Shown: positions 1 to 13,004 of the stretch, in pieces
Numbering within the stretch: position 1 is the stretch's first letter
How the letters are laid out: the number at the start of each line of letters is the position of its first letter
Notes under the pieces: model-generated
Seen by the model: the letters and a program-made list of their open reading frames with translations, nothing else
What the model was told of the DNA's origin: nothing
Database searches by the model: none
Assembly (NCBI GenBank): GCA_030390025.1
Contig: CM059438.1
Coordinates: 66,280,001 to 66,344,000 of the forward strand
Reading direction: 5' to 3'
Source: Squalus acanthias
Lineage: Eukaryota
DNA length: 64,000 nucleotides
Made by a program: the position numbers and the translations under genes

Positions 1-432
1 CAAGTACCACATGGCGATAATTATCTTCACCGTTGCCGTTGATTTCTCTCCTCTTTCCCGATGCATTTGCAGAGTCTGCTGTAACTATTAGTTTGAATGA
101 GGACTCACTGCAGAGCACGCAGTCATAATATTGAGGTGGTGCTGGTGCCATTATATATTGCATACTTACAGCTGCTGCTGGACATGGACTATTTTTTGAA
201 GATCATTTGGTGCTTTTATATCCAGCTTGATAGATTCCAGGCTAATTCTAGCAAGAGGATTTGCTTTATTCCAGCAAAGTGTTTTAGAACAGGACTAAAT
301 CCAGCCTTATTCACAACATCATACAATTCAGGCTTTCCTGTTACGGTCCCTATGAGCCAAGTGTTCTCTTACCTTCAGGTCTTTACTTGTCAAGTTTCAT
401 TACCCAGCACCAGATCTAGCACTGCATCCTTC

Positions 433-545
433 CTTCTGACGAAAGGTCTTCCACCTGAAACGTTAACTCTGTTTCTCTCTCCACGAATGCTGCCTGGCCT
501 GCTAAGTTTTTCCAGCGTTTTCTGTTGTTATTTCTGCATCCTTCC
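433..545 (+). mobile_element. Penelope-like element terminal remnant with minimal hammerhead motif
   Basis: CTGACGA-A-AGGT-cttcc-ACCT-GAAACGTT-AACT followed by ctgtttctctctccac..gctgcctggcctgct; the same block recurs at 29400-29520 and inverted at 675-805. Confidence 0.65.
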
Positions 546-674
546 TTGTCGGGCATGCCTCATAATGCTTAAGCAAACAGCTCCAGATGCATTCTGAGAG
601 CCCCTCCCCATTTTGACAAACTTTTGTCTTTATTGCCGTGGTAACAGAGTTAGAATTATGGGGAACCATATTTA

Positions 675-805
675 CAACAAAAGCAGGATACTGCGGACGC
701 TGGAAATCTGAAATAAAAAAATAGAAAATGCTGGAACTACTCAGCAGGTCAGGCAGCATCTGTGGAGAGAGGAAACAGAGTTAACGTTTCAGGTCGATGA
801 CCTGA
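675..805 (-). mobile_element. Inverted copy of the Penelope-like terminal remnant (CUGA core missing)
   Basis: Reverse complement matches 445-545 and 29410-29530 (aggtcatcgacctgaaacgttaactctgtttc...). Confidence 0.6.
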
Positions 806-1845
806 TAAGGAATCGTTAAATAAAAGCCAGTTAATCCACTCACACCAGGAAATATCCACCTTCTCGAAACAAAAAGGTGTAACCGGTACGTAAGGTCATC
901 GACCTGAAACGTTATCCATATTTACAGCTCTTGGTACTACAGACTTGGCTAAATTACCGCGCAGAACTGTTCAATCGTTTTTCATCTGTGTGGTGGAGGA
1001 ATGAGTGAAAAAACGTGTGGCCACATGAAGGGAAATTTGAAGGGTCATGGTGCTGTCAGGAATTTAGCAGAGTGTAACATTGGGCCTGTGAAATTTTCAC
1101 ACCGCTTCATTAGTTTTTTTAAACAAGGATTTCACTACAGTGTGATCTTAGACACGCTCTTAGGCTAGGTCCGCTTGATCTGAAAACATCCAATTAGATT
1201 ATAGATTTTGTCCTTTCAGAATACGTGCTGTATATAGTGGGAGTATTGTGAGCGAGGCTGAAGTAATAGAGATGGGGGCAATTTGAGGTGATGAGTTAAC
1301 CGTTTTGGCACAACGTTAAATCGATTTCCTCATAGATGTCAACCTCTGAAGCTGACAGCTTTTCAACCCATGTCTCAGCCTGCCAGCATTTCACAAGAAA
1401 AATCAGCTTTTCTTCTCATTGGTCGATGCTGACAACCTCCAATGCCACTCAGATAATTTGGAGGGCAGTAATAGAACCTGTCAGAACCAATTAAGTTGGG
1501 AGGAGGAACTAGAACTAACTAAATGTTAAATTCTCCCATTGTATCTTACCAACTAAACGTGAGGCAGGCATTTTTTTTAATGGTTTCTGAGAGTCCCAGT
1601 TTCTGGTGTGTTTTAGTATCTCGTCCCGAAAAAGTTATATATTGCAAGTGAACTGTTAAAATGTAACTTTCTGGGTAAGTCTGGCTGTTGTCTTATGTGA
1701 AGGTTTATTTTCTTACACCTTCTTGTTTTGATAAGGTGACTGCAGGACAATTGTGGAGGGTTGGGAACCCTAATCCTAGTGCCTACAATTGCGGCCTCAA
1801 CTGTGATCATTCAACCAGGAGTCGACTTCGGAACTTTTCACCGAT

Positions 1846-2322
1846 GAAGAAAGAAAGACTTGCATTTAGGTAGCGCCTTTCACGATCACCAGACGTCCCA
1901 AACCACTTTACAGTCAATTAAGTAATATTTTTTTGAAGTGGAGTCGCTGTTGTAATGTGGGAAACGCGGCAGCCAATTTGCGCACAGCAAGCTCCCACAA
2001 ACAGCAATGTGATAATGACCAAATGATCTGTTTTTGTGATGTTGCTTGAGGGATAAATATTGGCCAGGACACCAGGGATAACTCCGCTGCTCTTCTTTGA
2101 AAGAGTGCCACGGGATCTTTTACGTCAACCTGAGAGAGCAGACGGGGCCTCAGTGTAATGTCTCATCTGAAAGACGGCACCTCCGACAGTGCGGCACTCC
2201 CTCAGCACTGCACTGGAGTTGTCAGCCTAGATTTTTGTGCTCAAGTCTCTGGAGTGGGACTTGAACCCATGACCTTCTAGATTCAGAGGCGAGTGTGCTA
2301 CCCACTGAGCCACTGGCTGACA
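1846..2322 (-). mobile_element. tRNA-derived DeuSINE (SacSINE1-like), near full length
   Basis: Reverse complement has A-box TGGCTCAGTGG, B-box GGTTCAAGTCC, Deu-like core and (CTTT)n tail; colinear with 44055-44514. Confidence 0.8.
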
Positions 2323-2491
2323 TGATAAAGTTCGTGACCATATCTGGCAGCACATTTAAACACTTAGCCATCAGGCAAGGTGGCTTTTCTTATTTTTAAC
2401 CAGCTCTTAGGGTTAATTGTGATGTAAAGGATGTGACCCACCCTCATATGTGGGGAGGGAGATTTTATGAAAGAGCATTGCATACATGAGC

Positions 2492-2513
2492 GAGAGAGAG
2501 AGAGAGAGAGAGA
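2492..2513. repeat. (GA)n microsatellite
   Basis: gagagagagagagagagagaga. Confidence 0.9.
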
Positions 2514-3959
2514 TTCTTATTTGCCTTAGCTCTCCATGACATCTCAAGCAAATCAGTTGCAAAGTTGTTGTTTCCAGAGCGGAGCAGAGGATTGCTTATA
2601 GAGGAGGTAAATCTTGAGTTTTGTGGTTAAAATATAGGTAGACTATTAGTTCATATCCAAAGTGCTAATTGATTGGTAAAATTTTAGTTGGAAGGCGTTC
2701 AGCAGTTTTCTGGGAACTTTTTAGCAGGTAGAGATTGGCGTTATCTTATGAACAGTCAATCAATTCCCACACAAAATGCACATTTATTTTTGAAGTGATT
2801 TACCTTTAGACCTGTATCCATGAACTTCAGGATAATTGAATGTTTCTCACTGCACCCTTTGTGAAGGACTCCTGCATGTTGGCCACCCACCAGTGCCCGA
2901 ACCGGGTTAGCATTATTCATGCCCGAGCCCAGCAGGCAATTGGCACATTGTAGGCATCATAGTCAAGCTCAATTGTGCCCTTACCGGATTTCTGCGCAAA
3001 AGAGTTTTCCCAGCAAAAGCTATCTGATTATTATTGGGTGCAGGAACCTTGGCCAATTTTTTTTTTTCCCGTTCATTAATCCAAAAAACTGCGGCCAATT
3101 CAAGTGCCCCAAATGTCACCGCTCAGCTAACTTTACTTGGGAATCAAACTTGGGACATTTTGTGACACCCACTGCCTTTAGCACTTGAGTCTCTGAGAGA
3201 GCTCTTGGCATAACTTACAGACTGTGGAACGACACAGATTTAAAGGAGTGCTGTCTTGCTTTTGTTTGGGAGGAAGAAGAGTCATGGATCATTAATGTCG
3301 CAAAATCATCACGCACAACTGCCCCATGTCCATTTTGATTAAGTTTATTTCATCAGTTTGAATGATAGCCAACCTTTCTTCCATTTGTTCGTGACACAAT
3401 TTTCGAGGAAGATGGTGGCCACCTTGATACTTGATGATGATTTTCCTGTCCCCCATGTGTCTGGGTGACAGGCTGACAAAGTGCATTTCAAATGTGCTCA
3501 GGCTGCGGTTACCTGAGCCACCGGTATTATTATCACCATCCTGGCTTGCCTCGGCAGGGCCCTGTGAATTGAACCGGGGGCAGAAATAGAACCTGAGAGG
3601 CCTGCAACAGCAGGAATGGCAGGAAGCATCCAGCAGCAACTCGAAGGCCTCAAAACCCAAAGATCCATGGGGAGGCTGAAAAATAAGGTTGCGAATGGGC
3701 CTTCCTTGACTTGCCTGCCTTCCTCGGAAGGGGGGTCCAGGGACAAGGCCTACCGCTAACCTCGACCTGCTCCCCTGATTCTGGGTTATCTGTCGGTGAA
3801 CCTTGAGGAAATTGAGATGAGAGGACCAGGAATTTCTAGCTCATTTCCCTTGGGGGTGGTGGGGGCGGAATCTCAGGTAAAAGAGACAGCGATCCAGTAT
3901 GATGACTCTCCATCCCTTTTCTTCTCCTTTGTACTTCAGAATTGAGCCTTCCCAAGTGG

Positions 3960-4275
3960 TATAAGGGGCATAATTTTAGATTAAGGGGCTGCCATTTCAA
4001 AACTGAGATGAGGAGAAACTTCTTCACTCAGAGGGTAGTAAATCTATGGAATTTGCTACCTCAGAGAGCTGTGGAAGCTGCGACATTAAATAAATTTAAA
4101 ACGGAGATAGACAGTTTCCTAGCTGATAAGAGAATTAAGGGTTATGGGGAGCGGGCAGGGAAGTGGACGTGAGTCTAGGTTCGGATCAGCCATGATCCTA
4201 TTGAATGGCGGAGCAGGCCCGAAGGGTCGTATGGCCTACTCCTGCTCCTACTTCTTATGTTCTTATGTTCTTATG
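3960..4275 (+). mobile_element. CR1 LINE 3' end
   Basis: ORF2 C-terminus FKTEMRRNFFTQRVVNLWNLLP, 3'UTR and (TTCTTATG)n tail. Confidence 0.9.
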
Positions 4276-4961
4276 GTCTGGAGAGATGAATGGGGCATCC
4301 AGAGTTCTGTATGTTCAATTCATATCATGCCACTGACACAGAAATATTAAGGTGCCAGAGAAAAATAAATAATACTGATTCAGGACTCCAATTGAATAAA
4401 TAAGAGAACTAATTAGCTGCCAGTTGTATTTTTGTTTTCTGTGATCCAAAATATTTTGTTTTAATTGTTTTGTTTGGTTGCTTTTGAGGGCCAGTCACAC
4501 ACAATGGTCACAGCTGAATACCCCACTCGTCTGCTCAATCCCGTGGTGTCGAAAGAAATAGTGAAAGAGCCTTTGTACTGGGCTGGCTTTCAGGCTGCTG
4601 CCTGTTCAATGGCCAATAAATTATTCTGTAATTGTTCATTATCCTCGTGCCTGCTCGCAACACATCATCATAACACCCTCTGATTTCTGGATCAATAACA
4701 GGTATTTTACCCCATTCAAAATTTATAACCACTGACCATTTAATTCTCTATGGCTGCACAAACTGTGCCTCCGTGCTCCAGTGCTGTGCAGCTAAATTAA
4801 GCAAGGTTATTATTTTCCGTTCTGCTACTTTTTTTTAAATTAAATTGATTGAAGTATGTAGTAAGCCAAGTAAATAAGTGGAGAGAGAAAGCTCCTCTGG
4901 GAACGAAGCGCTAAATGCGACTTTGCCTATCTTGCTCACAAGGGCACTGCAGTGGTTACTT

Positions 4962-5160
4962 GGCCGCAAAATTCGATGTTGTAGTGCCGGCTGTTAAGGG
5001 CGATTTTCTTGAAAAAATGGCGGCCGCCTCACTTCCGCCCACTTCCGGCGGCCGCCATTTTGGAGAGGTCGGCAGCGCTGCCATTGCCTGCGCTCGCCTC
5101 TCCAATGTAAATATGCAGATTGTGACGTCAATCGGCGTGCAACATCGGAGGAGGTCAGAG
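4962..5160. mobile_element. Left-end fragment of a Harbinger-type MITE
   Basis: Begins GGCCGCAAAATTCG, similar to the TIRs of other MITEs here; CpG-rich with AAAATGGCGG and ACTTCCG motifs; abuts CR1. Confidence 0.45.
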
Positions 5161-7352
5161 GAGAAGTGAAAAAGAAAATAAGAGGGGCAAAGAGACGGTA
5201 TGAGAATAGAATGGCAGCCAACATAAAAGGTAATCCAAAAGTCTTCTACAGGCATATAAATAGTAAAAGGTAGTAAGAGGAGGGGTGGGGCCGATTATGG
5301 ACCAAAAAGGAGACCTGTGCATGGAGGCAGAGGGTATGGCTGAGGTACTAAATGAGTACTTTGCATCTGTCTTCACCAAGGAAGAGGATGCTGCCATAGA
5401 CATAGTGAAGGAGGAGGTAGTGGAAATACTTGATAGGATATAAATTGATAAAGAGGAGGTTTTAGAAAGGCTGGCTGTACTTTAAATAAATCACCAGGAG
5501 TGGATGGGATGCATCCTAGGATGCTGAGGGAATTGAGGGAGAAAATCGCGGAAGTACTGGCCATAATATTCCAATCCTCCATAGATACAGGGGTGGTACC
5601 AGAGGACGGGAGAATTGCAAATGTTACACCCTTGTTCAAAAAAGGGTGTAAAGATAAACCCAGCAACTACAGGCCAGTCAGTTTGACCTCGGTAGTGGGG
5701 AAGCTTTTAGAAACAGTAATCAGGGACAAAATTAACAGTCACTTCGATAGGTGTGGATTAATTAAGGGAAGCCAGCACGGATTTGTTAAAGGCAAATTGT
5801 GTTTCATTAATTTAATTGGGTTCTTTGATGAGGTAACAGAGAGAGTTGATGAGGGTAATGCGGTTGATGCGGTGTATATGGATTTCCAAAAGGCGTTCGA
5901 CAAAGTGCCACATAATAGGCTTGCCAGCAAAGTTGAAGCCCATGGAATAAAAGGGAAAGTGGCAGCGTGGATACAGAATTGGCTATGTGACAGGAAACAG
6001 AGGGTAGTGGTGAACGGTTGTTTTTCAGACTGGAGGAAGTTATACAGTGGTGTTCCCCAGGGGTCGGTTCTAGGACCACTGCTTTTCTTGATATATATAA
6101 ATGACTTGGACGTGGGTGTACAGGGCACAATTTCAAAATTTGCAGATGACACAAAACCTGGAAGTATAGTGAGCAGTGAGGAGGAGAGTGATAGACTTCA
6201 GGAAGACATAGACAGGCTGGTGAAATGGGCAGACACATGGAGATGAAATTTAACGCAGAAAAGTGTGAATGATACATTTTGGTAGAAAGAATGAGGAGAG
6301 GACATATAAACTAAATGGTACAATCCTGAAGTGGGTGCACAAACAGAGAGACCTGGGAGTATGTGTGCACAAATCGTTGAAGGTGGCAGGGCAGGTTGAG
6401 AAAGCAGTTAAAAAGGCTTACAGGATCCTGGGCTTCATAAATAGAGGTATAGGGCTCGATTTTGCCAGGCCCGAGGAGGCGGAATGGAGGCGTGTGGGGT
6501 GTTAAAATTGCAAAAAATGGTGTGCTCGCCTGACCCCGCCTCCGAGCAATTTTCCCAAATGTGTGGCTTCTGATCCTGTCTCCGTCCCGTCTCCATGAGG
6601 CGTGATAGGCCATTAAGGCCCTTAACAACCACTTAATTGCCTCTATAATCCCATTTTGAGAGGCCTTTCTGATTTTAACACTTTTCTGACGTGATGCACG
6701 CCTCCTCTGAAACACGACGGTGAAACCTGGCGGTAGCACACTTGGATTGCTGACTATCAACTGCAGTTCCACCATTAAAAAGAAGATTTGATCAATCATC
6801 ATTCTGGGGGAACTTTTAGCAGTCATGACCATTGTTGGTGGTGGTGGTGGTGGTGGTGGTGGAGGAGGATCCTCCTCCTCGTCGTCGTTCCAGGTCCCTC
6901 TCACAGCAAAGGCCAAAAGGTTCCCAGTCTTTCCAGACCTTAAATGCAGCAGCAATGATGACATCATCAGAGGCAACTTTCAGACTGAAATAAACTAATT
7001 GGGTCATGGGTTCCCACATGCTGGAACTCAACTGCCCAATTCTCCCACATCCAATTGGAGTCGGGTGGCTAACACGAAAAGCGGATGACACGACCCCAGC
7101 CCGCCCCATGACAAAATCGAGCCCATAGAGTTCAAAAGTGTGGAAATTATGATGAACCTGTATAAAACACTGGTTCGGCCCCAACTGGAGTACTGTGTCC
7201 AATTCTGTGCACCACACTTTAGGAAGGATGTGAAGGCCTTAGAGAGGGTGCAGATAAGATTTACGAGAATGATTCCAGGAATGAGGAACTTCAGTTACGT
7301 TGATAGACTGGAGAAGCTGGGGTTGTTCTCTTTGGAACAGAGAAGATTGAGC
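5160..7352 (+). mobile_element. CR1 LINE fragment (ORF2 RT pseudogene), split by a MITE at 6452-7124
   Basis: ORF 5500-6246: NYRPVSLTS, YMDFQKAFDKV, GVPQGSVLGP, KFADD; continues after the MITE (LYKTLVRPQLEYCVQF). Confidence 0.92.
6452..7124. mobile_element. PIF/Harbinger-type MITE, family C
   Basis: Perfect 12-bp TIR GGGCTCGATTTT/AAAATCGAGCCC with 3-bp TSD ATA; internal (GGT)n at ~6836-6864; related in reverse to 60260-60858. Confidence 0.88.
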
Positions 7353-8516
7353 GGATGACTGCATCGTGGCTGCTGCCAGGATAGCGGGCATTGATGGCAA
7401 AGATGCGCTGTCTGTGGTCGCGCACACCAACTGAACGCTCAGAGAGTGGTAGCCTTTGCGGTGGCGGAACACCTCTGCATTGTGATGAGGTGCCCTCAAT
7501 GCCACGTGGGTGCAGTCAATGGCGCCCTAAACCATGGGAGCCCGCGATCCTTGCAAAGCCACATGAGCGTCATGCTGTTTCTCTCTGCTCATGGGGAATG
7601 AGATGTACTCTCTTCTCCTTCTGTACAGAGCGTCTGTTACCTCCCAGATGCAGCAATGGACGGCGAACTGCGAAATGTTTGCAATATCCCCTGTTGAAGC
7701 GTGGAAGGAGCTGCTGGCATAGAAATTGAGAGCCACTGTCACCTTCACTGCCACTGAGAGAGACGTCCTGGTCCTGAGCTGAGGCTGGAGCTCTGGCTGC
7801 AGGAGGTGGCAGAGCTCGGTGACCACCTCCTTGCTGAAGCGGAGCCTTCTAAGGCACTGCTCTCTGACAGATGAATGTAGGAGAACTGCTCCTGGAATAC
7901 CCTGGGAGGGTAAAGTTTCCTGTGGAGAGCCCTGTTGGCCCTCCTCCCTCTGGCCACGTTTTCCAATCTTTCTCTCTGCCTCCGCTGCCTCTGACGGTGA
8001 AGCTGGAGGGCGAGGTCCTGTGCCAGTACAGCCCCCATTAAGTGTTGGAAATGTTGCAGTATCAAAAGTAAGACAAATGAACCTGATAATTTTTTGTCAG
8101 GAGCAAAACTCCTTCAAGTAGGAAAACCTCAAATGGGTCAAAACGCCTGTCTGCTTCTGTCAAAGTGACAAGGCAGCATTGTTTGCCGACAAAAACCAGG
8201 AAGTGCGCGCCTTTAAATAGCGCTCCCCCAGCTCCCAGCCGACTGCAAACCACCTCCTCTACCTGTCCTTCCGAACGGCAGGCGCTGAGGCAGGGGGCGA
8301 GAATGAATTTCCGGTCTGGGGAGCTACCGGGGCGATGCGCGGCCAGATGACGTCATGATCTCCGGGCGCAGGAGATCGTGGCGGTAGTGGTTAACGCCAC
8401 CACGAACCATCGGGTGAATTTTGCCGGCGGCGCTGACATCGCCACGCCCGGGCGATAAGTCATTAGCATCCCGTTAGCGAATCTCTGGAGGCGCTAACCG
8501 GCTGAATTTGTCCCCC
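7353..8516 (-). mobile_element. Harbinger transposon fragment: frameshifted 5' part of the HARBI1-like transposase plus one terminus
   Basis: Minus-strand peptides [57 protein letters not shown]; end GAATTTGTCCCCC resembles 41945-41959. Confidence 0.85.
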
Positions 8517-8861
8517 TATAGGCCTTAATAAACCCTCTCCACCCCCTTTTATCATCTTCTGTCCAGAGTGCAGATAATGACCTTGTTAAACTGTTGTTTT
8601 TGAAAATTATACTGTTCTATCCTAAATCACAGGATAGGATAAATACCCTTTGTCATTCACTTTGGTTTGACATTTTCTTGACAGACTCACCGCTTCCCTC
8701 CATCCTGGGAGAAGCGCTCCTTTATAATTAGCAGGACAGCTTCGACCTCAATAACGCAAAGCCTTGATGTGGAAAGAACATATTGCGAGACGCACCAGAT
8801 TTGTAATAATGATGCCTGACTGTATCAGAGAGATGTTGGCTCCTCCATTTCCTTTTATAAT

Positions 8862-9253
8862 GGACCAGAATTTGATGCCAAAATAGTAAAGTTGTTGTTC
8901 GAGACTTTTTAAATTTTAACTTTACATTTTTTTTTCTTACTTTCCTTTCTGTGTCTTTTTTTTCTCTGTTCTTAATCCAATCTTTCGTCCTTCTCTTTAG
9001 TTCACTCTCGGTACCCGATGTGACTTTAGTTTACCCTCTTTCTTTCTCGGTCATTCCTCTGTTTATTTCTCAATCGTTTAAACTCATTGGTTAAGGAGCT
9101 ACACTGTTGGTCCCTTCGTTCACCCACATGCCACGTTGTCAGCTTGCACTTCCAGCAACGCACAGGACAACAATTTTTCGAGTGAAAAGCTGTTTGGAAA
9201 AGTCTAACTGACTGCCACGCCACAAAATGCCCCGCTCCTGCAAAATCTGCGCC
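8862..9253. mobile_element. Possible old Harbinger-type MITE
   Basis: Imperfect TIR GGACCAGAATTTG / CAAAATCTGCGCC, flanks AAT/AGT. Confidence 0.45.
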
Positions 9254-10364
9254 AGTATTTCTTCCCTGTTTCCCACAATCTACACGTCCATTCATCATCT
9301 GGCAACTAGTTACTTACTGATTTACCCTCTATGATTCAAAATCATTCCATGGGATTTCTGAACAAGTCCCACATTATTCCATAAACAGTACATTGCAAAC
9401 TCTTTGCTTCCGCTCTTTGAAGTGATTTATAAGCGTCATACTGAACAAATGTAGGGACAAAAGCACCCAGCCTTATTTTCAGAGGTTTAGTCCCACTTAT
9501 TGTTAAGCATAAAGAGAGGCTGCATTTACTGGGACAGGAAGGGTTATTGTAGGTTTAGGAAGCTTTGCTTGATGCTGTGTAAGGTTATCTTATTGCTGAG
9601 GTCGGCGTGCTGAAGTTTCTGTAATATGATGAGCCTGCTGTTTGCTGAAGGTATGAGGGATGGGTGTAATCCAGTCCAATTGCGCTAATGCACTGCTTGC
9701 TATTTGTCTTTTATTGTCCCTTCAAAAGCCTTGGTTACACTAGCCTTTTTCATTAAACTTGCCACTGCCACCAAAGTCTGATGAGAGCATCTGTTCAGGT
9801 ACAAATGTCTCTGAACGCGGGATGAGAGCAGAAGAAGATTGATTCCTTTCTAGTCCCCTTCTCAGCACCGTGGGACTTCAGTACATTTGCAATTGTTGTG
9901 CACAAGATCTAAAGCAGGATCAGGCCAGAATTTATTATTCAAGTTTAAACTCGTGAAGACCAGCGTCGGTAACTGTTCATGCTTGGATTTGTTTTAGCAG
10001 TGATCCGATTATGAAAGAGCGTCCTCCAGGCCAGGGAGAAACGTGAAGTTTTTTAATTAGCAGGGTCCGCTGTCGGGTTGTTTGTTTTCTGGTTTGGGAC
10101 AGGGCAGTGTGATTTTCAAGCAGGTTCAGCAGAAATTTCTAAAATTAAAAACCAGACTCCAATAATCTGTTTTATTAGCATTACAGGCCATTGTCCTACT
10201 TCTTAGTAATCTTTCCATTTTTTTTTTCAATGAATTAAACAGAGTTCTGAACATCTTGACTTTTTTGAAAGAAATGATTCTCTCATCCTCTCCTGAAAAG
10301 TTGACTGGTGCTGGTTAATAGATTGACAGCTATCAATGGTCCTTCAGTAACTCACTGATTATAA

Positions 10365-11562
10365 GGAGCAACGGAGAGGGTTGATGAAGGTTGTGCATAT
10401 GGACTTTCAAAAGGTGTTTGATGAAGTCCCACAGCGTAGACTTGTTCGTAAAATTGAAGCCCGTGGGATTAAAGGGGCAGTGGTAGCGTGGATACCAAAT
10501 TGCCATGGGACAAAAAGCAGAGTAGTGGTGTACGGTTGATTTTTTAGACTGGAGGGAAACATACAGTGGTGCTCCCCCAGGGGTCGGTATTAGGACCTCT
10601 GTTCTTTTTGATATGCACTAATGACATGGATTTGGGTAAACAGGGCATCATTTCAAAGTTTGCAGATGAAACGAAACTCGGAAATGTAGTAAACAACATG
10701 GAGGATAGTAACAGACTTCAGGAGGACAGAGACAGACTGGTGAAATGGGCAGACACATGGCGGATGAAATTTAACGCAGAGAAGTGTGAAGTGATGCATT
10801 TTAGTAGGAAGAATGAGGAGAGGCAGTATAAACGAAATGGTACAATTTTAAAGGAGACTTGGGAGTGTGCATACACAAATCTTTGATGATGGCAGGACAA
10901 GTTGAGAAAGCTGTTCAAAAGCATACGGGATCCTTAGCTTTATAAACAGAGGCATAGAGAACAAAAGCAAGGAAGTTAAGCTAAACTTATCCAAATCACT
11001 GGTTAGGCCCCAGCTGGAGTAATGGGTCCAATTCTGGGCACCACACTTTAGGAAGGAAGTCAAGGCCTTGGAGAGGGTGCAGAGGAGATTCACTAGAATG
11101 GTACCAGGGATGAAAGACTTTAGTTACTTGGAGAGACTAGAGAAGCTGGGCTGTTCTCTTTTAAAGCCGGGAAGGTTAAGGGGAGATTTAATTGCGCTTT
11201 TCAACATCATGAAGGGTTTTGTTAGAGTAAATAAGGAGAGACTGTTTCCAGTGCCAGAAGGATCAGTAACCAGCGGACACAAATGTAAGGTAATTGGCAA
11301 AAGAACCAGAGGCGACATGAGGAGAATTTTCTTTACACAGTGATCTTGTTGTGATCTGGAATGCACTGTCTGAAAGGGTAGCAGAAGCAGATTCAATAAT
11401 AACTTTCAAAAGGGAATTGGATAAATACTTGAAGGGGAAAAAGTGACAGGGCTATGGGGAAAGAGCAGGAAAGTGGGACTAATTGGATAGCTCTTTCAAA
11501 GAGCTGACTCAAGTACGATGGGCTGAATGGCCTCCTTCAGTGCTGTGTCATTCTATGATTCT
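10365..11562 (+). mobile_element. CR1 LINE 3' portion (degraded RT)
   Basis: PQGSVLGP, SKFADET, ERVQRRFTRMVPG; tail ttctatgattcta. Confidence 0.9.
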
Positions 11563-11659
11563 AAGCTGAGGCACCAAAAATCAGCAGGATATTTGACAGT
11601 GGATGACAGCAGGTCAAGGCCAATTCAGTTCTCATCTAATGTGCACAGTTGTACTTCGC

Positions 11660-13004
11660 AACACCAACTTACATTAACGTATAAAAACATCCAAAGGTGC
11701 TTCACAGAAGCTTAAGGAAAATTAAAATGCTGAGCCAAAGAGGGAGTGATAAGGTGGAGTGACCTTAAGTTTGATCAAACAGGTGGATGTTTAGTGAGGG
11801 TTTTAAAGGAGGGGAGGTACGTGGAGAGGCAGAGGGATTTAGTGATGAAATTCCACAGACTGGTACCTAGGCAGTTAAAAACACAGCCACCAATGGTGGG
11901 TCAAAGACAGGAGGGGATGGATAAAAGGCTGGAGTCCGAGGAATGGAGAGTGCAGAGGCTTTGTAGAGATGAGACAGGAAAGGACAAGGACCTGGATGGA
12001 TTTTAACAAAAGAATGAAAATTCTAACTTTGAGGTGTGGTTGACTGGGCACCATTGTAGGCTAGCAAGAAGAGGGGTGGTGAGCAAATGGGACAGTGTGG
12101 GATAGGATATGGGCAGCAGTATATTGGATGAGCTGAAGTTTATGGCAGATCAGACGCATTCCAGGAGAGCATTGGAATTTTGAGTCTGGAGTTGACAAAG
12201 GCATGAAGGACAGTTTCAGTGCCGATGATTTGAGGTGGGGATGGAGGCAGGTGATGTTATGAAGGTGGAAGTTGGCAATCTTCCTGATGGAGAGGCTGTG
12301 GGATCAAACATTCAGCTGGGCGAGTTCAACAGGGTACTGAAGTTGTGAACAGTTTTGCTTAGCCTGAGACAGTGGCCAGGGAGGGGGATGGAGTTGGTGG
12401 CAAGAGTATGGAGTTCATGGCAGAGGTCGAAGACAATGGCTTTGGTCTTCCCAATGTTCAGCTGGAGGAAGTTAGGGCTCATTCCAGATGTTGAACAAGA
12501 GGTCTGTCACCACAAAGACAGTAGAGGGTTCACAGAAGCTGTGGAGATGTAGAGATGGTGTCATCAGCATACACATGGAAGCTGACCCTATCTTTGCAGT
12601 GATGTTGTCAAGGGGCAGGATGTGGATGAGGAAGAGATGGGGGTCTTTGGATATATCCTTGGGATACTTCATTGGTGACAGTGTGGGATGGGAAGAAACA
12701 CCATTGCTAGAGATGCTTGGCTACGATCAGATAGTTATAGATAATGAAAGAGAGGCTCTTGAGGAGGATTGTGTGATTGACTGTCAATGGCTGCAGAGAG
12801 ATTGAAGCGAATAAGGAGGAATAATGCATCATAGTCACAGTCGCAAAGAATGTTGTTCGTGACTTGGGTTAGGGTGGTTTTGGTGCTCAGGAAGGGGTGG
12901 AAACCTGATTGGATGGATTCAAACAGGGAATAGCAGGAGTTGTGGGCACAGATCTGAAGGGCAACAGCACATTCAAGGAACTTGGAGAGGAAAGAAAGAC
13001 TGAA
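11660..13004 (-). mobile_element. Old L2 LINE fragment, host of the Gypsy insertion (resumes ~17446-17490)
   Basis: Colinear with the L2 copy at 25720-26640 (ccaggagagcattgg, gacagtggccagg, gtcttcccaat); gaaagaCTGAA|gatgggaag continues across the LTR element. Confidence 0.75.

Noticed and set aside
97..597. 166-aa ORF
   Set aside because: No recognisable domain; the 3' part runs through a Penelope-like repeat
6311..6976. 221-aa minus-strand ORF with poly-Pro
   Set aside because: Spans a MITE with a (GGT)n microsatellite and antisense CR1
8691..8815. Possible minus-strand exon (AG..CG|GTGAGT, one open frame)
   Set aside because: Peptide not recognised and no partner exons found; chance splice motifs are common
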